Source of the DNA: Flectonema sp. DT1601
Taxonomy: Eukaryota
Reading direction: 5' to 3'
DNA length: 64,000 nt
Assembly: GCA_964019425.1 (NCBI GenBank)
Contig: OZ025780.1
Coordinates: 434,001-498,000 of the forward strand
A program made the position numbers and the translations under genes. Shown here one piece after another: positions 34,726-44,285 of this stretch (position 1 is the first letter of the stretch; the number at the start of each line of letters is the position of its first letter). The notes below the pieces were generated by a model that was given only the letters and a program-made list of their open reading frames with translations, made no database searches and was not told the origin of the DNA.

Positions 34726-35490
34726 TTACAACTTCGACTTGGTTGTGGCGCGGACAATGTTAGCGAATTCAGGTTTTGTTGATGCACCTCCAACAAGGAA
34801 CCCATCCATGTCTGGTTGTGACCAAAGAGAAGCGCAGTTCTTAGCGTTGACTGATCCTCCGTAGATAAGACGGGTTGATTTTGAGATTATTGGACTTACG
34901 TTTGTAGAAATCCATTTTCTAATTACAGACATAACTTCCTGAGCTTGTTCTGGAGTTGCTACCTTTCCTGTTCCAATCGCCCAAACTGGTTCGTAGGCGA
35001 CAACAATCTGACCCCACGCAGATTCTGGCAGGTTCGCAACACCAGATGAAAGTTGTTCAAAACAGACTTCCTGAGTTCTACCTGCCTCACGTTCCTGTAG
35101 GGTTTCACCAACACAAAGAATAACAGTGAGTCCTTTTTCTACGGCTGCTTCAACTTTCTTCTGAATAGTCGCACTGTTCTCTCCGAATACGTGTCTGCGT
35201 TCACTGTGTCCAAGGATGACGTATTGAATACCGAGATCTTTGACTTGTTCAGCGCTCATCTCACCAGTAAACGCACCAGACTTGCTGATGCAATTCTGAG
35301 CAGCAATTCCTATTTCTCTTCTCGCACAGCTCTTTACCAATCCGAGGTAACCTGTTCCTGGAGCGATGACGACTTCGACATTCTTCTCAAGATCAGTAAG
35401 TGACCCGTTGAACTCTTTAACCAATGCCGTAAGGCTGCTGGCTGTTCCGGTACACTTGAAATTTCCTCCTACAAATGGAACTCTAGGCAT
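34726..35490 (-). CDS. TPI: Triosephosphate isomerase with C-terminal PTS1 (SKL)
   Basis: Start MPRVPFVGGNFK at 35490; the longer ORF only extends into the poly-U region. Motifs GHSERR, AYEPVWAIGTG, YGGSV and GFLVGGAS; ends -KSKL. Confidence 0.95.
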   Translation of the reverse strand: MPRVPFVGGNFKCTGTASSLTALVKEFNGSLTDLEKNVEVVIAPGTGYLGLVKSCARREIGIAAQNCISKSGAFTGEMSAEQVKDLGIQYVILGHSERRHVFGENSATIQKKVEAAVEKGLTVILCVGETLQEREAGRTQEVCFEQLSSGVANLPESAWGQIVVAYEPVWAIGTGKVATPEQAQEVMSVIRKWISTNVSPIISKSTRLIYGGSVNAKNCASLWSQPDMDGFLVGGASTKPEFANIVRATTKSKL

Positions 35491-35675
35491 TTTATATGAA
35501 GAAGTGAAATAATAACCTGAAAAAACAAAAATATGAGGGTTTTTTTTAAGGGAAAAAAAAAAGGATTTCATTTTTTTTTTCAGAACTAAAAGTAAATTCG
35601 AGACGCTGGGGAACATAAACCATCTAACACGTGTAATATGTATTCAGACTAGTCAGGTACAGTTGTCAATTCAGA

Positions 35676-35945
35676 CTAATATTTCAATCTAAAATATTGC
35701 TTACGATGACGTGGGTCTTCATACCCAGCCGACGCACAAGATCCAAATGTGTAATTTTGAGGAGGATGAGAAGTAATCCTTTCCCAGCATTCATCAGGAC
35801 GTTTCTGTACTCGATACCATCTAGGTTCACAACGATGCCATTGACAGAACTCTTCACCTTTACTAGAAGAGGGAAGAGCCGCTCCTGCTGCTTCAGTTAT
35901 TCGAACCCCTTGAGGTAGTCGTTTTTCTTCTTTTGGCAACGGCAT
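35676..35945 (-). CDS. Small hypothetical protein (89 aa)
   Basis: On the coding strand, ATG preceded by an A-rich leader and an AG, composition not low-complexity. Confidence 0.45.
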   Translation of the reverse strand: MPLPKEEKRLPQGVRITEAAGAALPSSSKGEEFCQWHRCEPRWYRVQKRPDECWERITSHPPQNYTFGSCASAGYEDPRHRKQYFRLKY

Positions 35946-36420
35946 TATTTATGAAGGGTTGCCTATTTTTTGAAATGAATTATGAAAAGAAAGAAAGAAA
36001 AGAATTTGATTGCTTTCGATTTGAAGGAACGACTCAAGTGATCCGAGTGACTGCCCACCGCCCACAGATTCCACATTCTCGACCTACTCGCTCAAACATT
36101 TGAGGGAGGAAAGACTTGCAGAAAAACTGTTGGGTTAGACAAAGGGCGGTGGACTATTTGTTTTTTTCTGGAGGAAGAATCTCAGGCAGAGAAACTTTAA
36201 AAAACAAGGGAACGGGAAAAAGAAAAAAAGAAGGAAAAAAATTCGGTTTCCCCCTCCCATGAGGGAAGAAGCACCGAATTATATTGTCGTGGTCGCTCTC
36301 CTTTCACTGACTTCAATAGTTCGATAAATGAAGAGGTCTAATTTATCTATTTAACCAAACAAAATAAATATATTAATAAATAAATCAGTACCGATGATAA
36401 TAATAATGTGTTTGTCGGAA

Positions 36421-38505
36421 TTAACATTTTTTCAGAAGACTTCTGGTCTTCTTATCGACGGCAACGTTCCAAATGCCATCCCTGTCTTTGTATTTCAGGG
36501 ATGCAAGCGCGGCCTTTGCAGCTTTTGCATCACCGATTTCTTGCATTTTTTGTTCCATTTCTTTGCTTTTTAATTTGATATCTTCCTTCTTCTTGAGTGA
36601 ACATTGATGAGTGAAATGAGCTCCCTTGCAAAGTCGGCATTTAACAGAAGATGTTTTTAGCGGTCCTGGAGGGGCAGGTCCTGTCACTGGTTTTGGAATG
36701 AATGGCTTTGGAGCAATAGTAGTAGTTGTTTGAATAGTTTCAATCGCATTGACTGATTGGAGTTGTTTTTTTCTCCAATTCGAAAATGTTTCATTAACTT
36801 CTTCTAAAGAACTATTTTTAATCTCATACAGTTTATCACAAACAGAGTTAAGTAGTGACTCAGAGTGAGTCACAATCACTAACGTCACAGTACTTGATTC
36901 CAGAGCGTCAACAAGAGCCATCTGTGAAGCGAAGTCCATGTGATTAGTCGGTTCATCCAATAGTAGCACTGTCGGTCTGCATATAAAACAACCTGCTAAG
37001 ATAACTTTCGATCTCTGTCCAGCTGATAATAATTTAAACTGTAGACCACATTGTTCAAATGTGAGGTCATATTTCATAAGAAAATCTGAAGCTTCCTCAG
37101 ATCTCAATCCTTTATTCGTTCTGGTCAGATATTCGATTGGTGTTTCTAATTTATCTAATAAAAGGATGTGATCTTGTCTGTAATATTTAACTCTGGTGTC
37201 ACTACCAAAGATCCAGTCAACTGGGTACGGACTGCACTCTTCCAGTGAGGAGTCCAAGACGGATAGGAATGTGGATTTGCCGGTTCCGTTTGGACCGATG
37301 ATCCCGATTTTTTGACCTTTTAAAATCTCGAATGAGACATTCTTTAAAACAGGTTTTGGATCAGTGTCGTATCCAGCTGTGACTTTATTGGCTCGACACA
37401 GAACTGATCCGTCCAGGAGATCAGAGAGTCGTTTGTCAGATCGTATTTTAAATGAAATTTCCTTATCCTCAACGACAGATGGAACTATCACTCTGTCTCC
37501 CATTACACTCCATTTCCATCTTCTTCCAGTTATTGTTCGCTCAGCTCCTAATCGATCTGCTTTCTTCTTGTGTCTGCCGACACCTTTTCCATCTTGTGTT
37601 CTCTCCAAGTATTCGATTGTTTTCTCTAACCTTTCTTTACTCTTCTCATGCGTATTATTTAAACGAAATTGTTTTTTCAAAAGTTCAGATCTACTCAGCA
37701 TGAATGAATCAAAGTTTCCCTGGTATTGCGTAAGCTGTTTGTCTTTCATGTGGATCGTGTCAGTGCAAATTTCATTCAAAGAATTAGTATCGTGAGTGAC
37801 GATGACTAAAGTATATTTATATGTTGATAAGTAATCAGACAACCAATCTGAAGTTTGAGTGTCTAAGTGATTCGTTACTTCATCCAGTAGTAGTAGTTGT
37901 GGTTCAACCAGAAGCGCTGCAGCCAGCGCTACTCTCATTCGAAAACCACCAGAGAGAGTGTGAAGAGGAGATGATTCAGATTGCTTTTTTGAAATTCCTA
38001 ATTTTGATAAAAATTTCATTCCAAGAGCCTTAGCACTTTCAAATCCTCCTTGGAGAGAGACACATTCATGAAATGCTCTATCCCGTTGATAGTTTTCAGA
38101 CGATTCATGTTTTCCTTCTTCATAACTCTCCTCAGAATAACCTCTAAGGACAGTTTCTATAGGTGTCTGTTCGCTTTCTAAACCAGATAAGTTTTCTTCT
38201 GTAATGGGAGGAGGTTCTGTTACAAGTAAGGAGTGAACATGTTCTTGCCATTGGCAAGTTATCTTCTTCGCAGCCAAATGTCGTAGAAGTGTTGTTTTCC
38301 CAACTCCGTTACACCCAATTAGTCCGTAGCGGTGACCAGGTGTTAGTTTTAAATTCTGATCTGAAAGAAGTTGAACACCTTCGATGTGTAAATCAAATCT
38401 TTTTAAATTCATTTGATAATTTGAAATATTATGATCCTCACCATCAGTTACTAGTCGAGAAACTTCTCCTTGTTGTTCACACAATTCAGGACCAAATCCA
38501 TCCAT
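36421..38505 (-). CDS. ABC-F family ATPase with C-terminal CCHC-type zinc knuckle
   Basis: Two nucleotide-binding domains without TM segments (GCNGVGKT/LSGG/LLLDEVTNHLD and GPNGTGKS/LSAGQ/LLLDEPTNHMD), then CRLCKGAHFTHQC. Likely start is MDGFG, after the acceptor AG at 38527-38526. Confidence 0.9.
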   Translation of the reverse strand: MDGFGPELCEQQGEVSRLVTDGEDHNISNYQMNLKRFDLHIEGVQLLSDQNLKLTPGHRYGLIGCNGVGKTTLLRHLAAKKITCQWQEHVHSLLVTEPPPITEENLSGLESEQTPIETVLRGYSEESYEEGKHESSENYQRDRAFHECVSLQGGFESAKALGMKFLSKLGISKKQSESSPLHTLSGGFRMRVALAAALLVEPQLLLLDEVTNHLDTQTSDWLSDYLSTYKYTLVIVTHDTNSLNEICTDTIHMKDKQLTQYQGNFDSFMLSRSELLKKQFRLNNTHEKSKERLEKTIEYLERTQDGKGVGRHKKKADRLGAERTITGRRWKWSVMGDRVIVPSVVEDKEISFKIRSDKRLSDLLDGSVLCRANKVTAGYDTDPKPVLKNVSFEILKGQKIGIIGPNGTGKSTFLSVLDSSLEECSPYPVDWIFGSDTRVKYYRQDHILLLDKLETPIEYLTRTNKGLRSEEASDFLMKYDLTFEQCGLQFKLLSAGQRSKVILAGCFICRPTVLLLDEPTNHMDFASQMALVDALESSTVTLVIVTHSESLLNSVCDKLYEIKNSSLEEVNETFSNWRKKQLQSVNAIETIQTTTTIAPKPFIPKPVTGPAPPGPLKTSSVKCRLCKGAHFTHQCSLKKKEDIKLKSKEMEQKMQEIGDAKAAKAALASLKYKDRDGIWNVAVDKKTRSLLKKC

Positions 38506-38609
38506 ATTTTTGGAATGTTTAATAGCTGAAAAGTAACGTTGTGAAGAGTTAGATACAAAAAAAAGAAAAATTATAAAAAACACAATTGTTCTGCTGTTCC
38601 GTAACACAC

Positions 38610-38645
38610 GTAGTTTCAGGCCTTAATCTTATACTACTTGTCCCT
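38610..38645. repeat. Short dispersed motif, copy 1 (copy 2 at 41728..41765)
   Basis: GTAGTTTCAGG--CCTTAATCTTATACTACTTGTCCCT versus GTAGTTTCAGGAGCCTTAATCTTTTACTACTTGTCCCT. Confidence 0.75.
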
Positions 38646-39042
38646 CTTGTCAATAGTTAGACAAGATATGAGTTTTTTCTCATCCTCGTCATCCATGTCG
38701 TTTGAAGTAGTCTGCTTTTTACAAATAAAAAAAAAAAAAGAATCTAAAATAAAACAACTAATAACAACCATCACTGAAAACGATCAATATTTCCTTTAAG
38801 GAAGGCGTCATTGATTATACGCATTCTTGGTTTCTTTATTATTTTTTTTTTTTTTTCCTGTCATCGACCGATACAAGCAATCAAGAGAGATTTGTGGGAA
38901 CAAAATAATACAAAGAGAGGACACCTATGCTCAAGTTTGATAATAACTAAATTACCATCTCGCGCACAAGACAACAGACAGCATAGAAAGAAATGGGCGA
39001 ATGGAAATATGTTGCTGTTATTTGTTTTGTTTTGTTGAGAAT

Positions 39043-40266
39043 TCAATCGCTTGAAGAAGAAGACGAAGATGATGATGACGATGATAGCGACGGTGATCTT
39101 ATACGTTTCATTCTTTTTAACCTGTAGGACTCCTCATCGAATGGTTTACCCTTTTCTTTTTCACTCTTTTTTCTCTTTTGACGAATTCGTTTTTCGATCT
39201 TCTTAACTTTCTTATCTCTTCTTCTCTGATGGCGTTCATTTTGTTTCGCAATCATATCAAAACGGGATATTTTATTTAACGTGTGGACTCGATGGGCTGC
39301 TTTTGGACATTCTTTTTCTAATGTGTTTAACCAACGGAGGGCCATGCAGGGACGACCTGTCCTAACATCCTTCCAGCAAGCATCAAAATTTGCGTAGTTG
39401 GTGAAATTTTGTGTTACAGCTGTCGAGTCTTCAAGATTAATGACCGCATGCCACCATCCAGAAGGGACGAAAATAATCTCACCAGGATGCTGAATGACTT
39501 CGAAAATTTGCTGATCTGGTAAATTTTCTTTTATCCTCGGTAGGATATCTATGAAGTATTGAATTGCTTCATCGTCTTCACCCTTTTTTATATATTTTGT
39601 TCCTTTTACTATTGATTTTAGGGTCTTTGGAGGAAATAACACCCATCTCTTCGTCCCTGTAAAGAGTGCATTCCAAGCAGAAGACATATTTGGATCGGTG
39701 TGGGCGGTGGTACCGGATCTCTCAGGTCCAATTAAGAACCATTTGTATGGTGGTCGTCCTTTTTTCACATGCTCGAATAAGTCGGTTTCAAAAAAAGTTG
39801 GAATGACGTAGGAAGATCGTATTTCTTTTGTCGCTGGTCTGGAAGCGAAATTTGAATCGAAAACGTACATCGGAGAATCGTCTTTGTTCTTTTTACAGTA
39901 TTTCTTGAAATCTTCCAACTTCACTTTGATCGCGCTGCCAGAGTCTTTTTCACCGCATTTCATTTCCGTGTCGGAATAGCGTTTACACACAGCCTTAAGA
40001 GACCAATCTTTTTTTTCCCAAGTGTCCATTGCACCTTCGATAATGCAAGGAATCTGAGTAACGTCAAATTCGTTGTAGAATTCTTGCTTAGTGAAATCAG
40101 AGTACCTCACCTTTCTGATACTTTTCGCATTTTTTGAAATTTTTTTTAATTTTTTGAAATCAGATGATCTCGTTGAACTAAATCCATCTTTGTGCCAGTC
40201 ACTCAGTTTCTTAAAATCTGTCCGACTTTCCTTCCTGGCAGTGTTAAAAATATCTTCCCATGTCAT
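39043..40266 (-). CDS. JMJD6: JMJD6-like JmjC oxygenase
   Basis: DDSPMYVFDS, RPPYKWFLIGPERSGTTAHTDP, FVPSGWWHAVINL, AVTQNF and a poly-Ser tail. Likely start is MTWEDIF. Confidence 0.9.
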   Translation of the reverse strand: MTWEDIFNTARKESRTDFKKLSDWHKDGFSSTRSSDFKKLKKISKNAKSIRKVRYSDFTKQEFYNEFDVTQIPCIIEGAMDTWEKKDWSLKAVCKRYSDTEMKCGEKDSGSAIKVKLEDFKKYCKKNKDDSPMYVFDSNFASRPATKEIRSSYVIPTFFETDLFEHVKKGRPPYKWFLIGPERSGTTAHTDPNMSSAWNALFTGTKRWVLFPPKTLKSIVKGTKYIKKGEDDEAIQYFIDILPRIKENLPDQQIFEVIQHPGEIIFVPSGWWHAVINLEDSTAVTQNFTNYANFDACWKDVRTGRPCMALRWLNTLEKECPKAAHRVHTLNKISRFDMIAKQNERHQRRRDKKVKKIEKRIRQKRKKSEKEKGKPFDEESYRLKRMKRIRSPSLSSSSSSSSSSSSD

Positions 40267-40417
40267 GAGTGGGATGAGGGAAGAGGAAGGTTCTAAAAAA
40301 AAGAAGGAAAAAAAAATTAGCATCATCTCTACCACAAATATTAAGGTCTGAATAAGATTAAACGATAATCGAATAATAACAATAATAATAATAAAAGGTA
40401 TGGAAATACCGAAAGGA

Positions 40418-41071
40418 TCAACTAGCTATTAATTTCTCCCAACCGACTGGTGTTGACGTTGGAGTGATATTCTGCAGCACTCCTTCGATTGCTGCTACAG
40501 CAAGTTGTTTATTATCCATGTACTCTTGATGGGGAGTAGTGACTAAATCTGACATTCTGTATTCATACGATGATGTCTTTTTCTTTGGTGGAAAAGTTCC
40601 AGGAAGACCAGTGATCTTCTGTGTAATCGGACGGCTCTTACGAGAAAAACTTTTCATTCTCGGAGTCTTTGGATAGTCCGGAGTTGGTATCCCACAATAA
40701 GGAAAGTGAGAGTACCAATGACTTACAAACGAAACAGTTTCTCCTAATTCATGTTGTGCAGGAAGAGATTTCATTCGCGGTTGAATTTTTCGTTTTTCTT
40801 TAGCAGCGTTATTCCTCCTTTCCCAGGAGGTATACCATCGCAATTCTCGTAGCCTTCGTTTACTTTTAATGTTCGTGTTTTTATAATGAGAATAGTCAGT
40901 GTGGTGACTGAAATCACTTCTTCTTGCTGACATGGCTTTTGGTCTCGCTGGTTGTGATGGCTGCTCAGGTGCTATGGCTGCGAACACTTGTTGATCACAG
41001 TCACGTTGTTGACTTATTTCTGAATGTATTTCTGAAACTCGTTTTTTAAATATTTTCCATCTGAATGACAT
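40418..41071 (-). CDS. Basic hypothetical protein
   Basis: ORF from MSFRWK, 4 nt after a U-rich...CAG acceptor. No family recognised. Confidence 0.55.
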   Translation of the reverse strand: MSFRWKIFKKRVSEIHSEISQQRDCDQQVFAAIAPEQPSQPARPKAMSARRSDFSHHTDYSHYKNTNIKSKRRLRELRWYTSWERRNNAAKEKRKIQPRMKSLPAQHELGETVSFVSHWYSHFPYCGIPTPDYPKTPRMKSFSRKSRPITQKITGLPGTFPPKKKTSSYEYRMSDLVTTPHQEYMDNKQLAVAAIEGVLQNITPTSTPVGWEKLIAS

Positions 41072-41727
41072 CCTCCTGTAAAAATAAAAATAAAATAAAA
41101 TACGAAAAAAAAAATCGAAATAAACAAACACCATAAACGTGAAGGAAAATACCTTATTACCAATACGGTCAAATACATTATTAACGAAAGGGAGCTTTAG
41201 ATTATTATTATTATTACTTCAAAAAAAAAAGTTTTTTTTTTTTTTTTTTTTTAAATTCTTTTTTGATATCAAAACTCGAAAACAATTTCAATAGCCGTCA
41301 GGAGATAATTTTAGTTTAAAAAAAAAAAAAAAAAAAAAAAAGGACGGGGGGGAAAAAAAAATTTAAATCTTTTTTCAGACGGAGCTACAATGATTCGGAA
41401 AACGAGACTCTCACAGGTCAGTTAACCAGAAGTGACTACTGAGACCCCCATCGGCAGTGTAAGAGACGGCTGATTACGTCAAGGGAGAGAGAACAAGCCA
41501 GTATTTCCTACAACAAAGGCAGTACGGTAAATAAAAAAACTATCAATTTTACAGTGCTAGTTTATTATTATTTTTTACAGTTAGAGTCGCAGCAACCAAC
41601 CGTACAGTAGTTACGAGGTGGTACTATTAATTTTAGAACAGAAAAGTGAGAATAAGAAAAGTAGAGATTAGTAAAAGAAAAGTATTCATTTCCACAGTTT
41701 CCTAACATCAAAAGGGTAATAGAATAT

Positions 41728-41765
41728 GTAGTTTCAGGAGCCTTAATCTTTTACTACTTGTCCCT
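41728..41765. repeat. Short dispersed motif, copy 2
   Basis: Matches 38610..38645 with one substitution and a 2-nt indel. Confidence 0.75.
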
Positions 41766-44285
41766 TTTTAGGCCTTCATCAGTAAGTTCTAAGGGACTTC
41801 ATTCTATGTTGAAGTTGCTATCGTTCTAATATAAAATACCGTAAAGTAGTTACCAGGTAGTTAGTAGTCACAAATTGATGGTTTTTTCACACGGAAATTT
41901 GGAAAAAAAAATAATTTTGGACGATGATGTGCAAAATTATGCCGATGGATGACTTTTTTTTTTACGTTTTTTTTTTAGTTCCTTTTTTTTATGCTTTTTT
42001 TTGTTTTAATTGAACGAAAACAGAAAGGTTCATTATTAAAAAAATAAAATAATAATCTGACGATCAGCTAGCACACAATGGTGACTTCTTGATTATACGA
42101 GTCCAATAAACCAGTTAAAACAGAGGAGTAAGGTGAACCGAGTCCCCCTGCGGTAGTAGATTGAGGTATTATATTTGTTAGTTTTCAGCATCGGGGGGGG
42201 GGGGGGGGGGGGCATTACTAAAATCAAGAGATCTGTAATCAAAAATGCTTTCACCAATAACAAAAAATAATACTTCTGAAACAGCTTTTTTTTTTTTTTT
42301 TTTTTAAATTGAGTTGATGAGAGGGATAAAAGTCGATCTCGTAATAAACGGTTCGACAAACTGACAGAGAGGGATGGTAAGGGAAAAAAAGAAAAAGAAA
42401 TTAAAGGCAGCAAGGGTGGGGAACTTGGAAAAATAAATCGGAAGGGGAGGAAAACATTTTGTAGCTGAATTATTCTTGTGAGGAATTTCCTCAACACACT
42501 TTTTTTTTTTTCCAAAAAAATTCGATTTCACGAGAATAACTCCTGATCAAGTAAAGTTATTTTTACCCCTTGTGGTTCTTGTGAGGTAAAAACTTAGAGA
42601 ACTTTTTTTTTTTTTTTTTTTTTTTTTTTCAGCCACATTCTGCTCGACCTTCGCTATTTTTGTTTTCGATATAAGTAAGACAGGTGAGATGCCTTAACCA
42701 ACCAATGGGAATCAGACTTCGATCGATAAGCTAGCTCCCTGACTTGAGTATTCCAAGAATAAATAAAGCGGAAAATAAAGTTTTTTTTGTTCCACATTTT
42801 TATATTCGGTACTAATAACAGAGGACACGCTGATCACAATTTCTTTTTAAAAGCTACTTCGGACACGCACCGAAGAAACTTCGGAGGGTAGACTGTTTGA
42901 TTAGGTTCATACGAATATAAATCTCTGTATTGTATCAGAACTCAATAATAAAATTAAAAAAACTCATGACACAAGTGACTAAAATGTTAATACAGGCTAA
43001 CAGTCTGCAATTGACGTACTTGCTCTACATTATAATCAATGTTTCTAACTTATCTGCATACATGTCTCGTTTTCCGTGTTGTCATTCAGTGCAGTACGGA
43101 ATCGAGTTATTCAATTATGAATTAATCGTGAGCCCTGGGAAACCAAAACCAGGGTATAATGTAATACGGTAGAGTGTAGGTTTCGCCTATAGCCTCGTCA
43201 AGAAATAAACAATCTTTATAAAAAAAATAAAAATGAACATTTCTTAGTAAAATTCTTTATTAAAAAAAAGGTTGTTAGCAACAATTGCTCACCTTAAATA
43301 ACTTAAGGTAGTAATGTCCAAAATAAGTTGGAATAACATGAGGGGATGAATGTTCGATTTTGTAAAAATCACAACTGTGTTATATCATAAAAACATAAAG
43401 ATAAGTTAAGCTTTATGTTTTATTTAACGGGTCTAGAGTGAGAGAATTTTTATGGTCCAGAGTGGGGAGGTTCTACCGAAATAATACCATCTTCCGTGTC
43501 CTTCTAAGTTCTATGCGAGAACTACAAGAGACCTTACAGAATTGTCCTTCATGGGAATAGGGGGACCCTCAATGCTTATCACCTGCAACTTCTGGTACAG
43601 GAATGTACTTTCTTACAAAACAGAAACAGAATAAACGTAAGGCACATAGATTCTTATTATTTGAATCCCGCGGATTACAATATTAATTTTCTCTAAATGT
43701 CCTTATTTAAATGCAAATGGTTAACCTCAGGAACAACCCCTGATTTATGTATGGTTTTTATAACCTCCGCATCCCTTGAGGGGTGCAGGACGCCAACGGC
43801 AACAATTGTAAGCTTCAGCTACTAGAGGAAGTAATGTGAGGAGGAAGTTGCTGCTTCAAGAAGTCAGGTCACCGACAGATCACCGTGAATTCATCAACAA
43901 GCTGAACTGTCCTTTGAGATAGAGTTAGTGACTTCGACCTGACAGGTTGCAAGTGCAGTTGCGACTCTCGTTTGCTGTACAGTTGCAAGACGGATGACTT
44001 AAGAACTTGAACTTGTTGGAATATCAGCAACGGTTCAGATGTTTTAAAATTCCAACCGCGGAATGGACCACAAGAACCTAAAAATTCCAAACGACTGATA
44101 TAAGAAATGTTTTTAATATAAAAAAAAAGCACGTTGTTCTGCTGTTCCATTTGACGTCTGAAATACGTACTTTTCAAGTCTGACATTCATTTCAATTCTT
44201 TTTTCATTCATGAGTTAACAAGCAAGAAATGCATTCACTTTCTTAGGGGGGGTGTGGTTAAAACACCAAAGTATACGCAACAAGT

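Noticed and set aside
38634..38696. 20-codon ORF as first exon of the ABC-F gene
   Set aside because: The most plausible donor (GTAGTA) gives an immediate stop when joined to the 38526 acceptor, and that acceptor is of the U-rich type.
43869..44186. 105-aa minus-strand ORF
   Set aside because: No recognisable motif, it crosses a U-rich tract, and no supported splicing partner was found.
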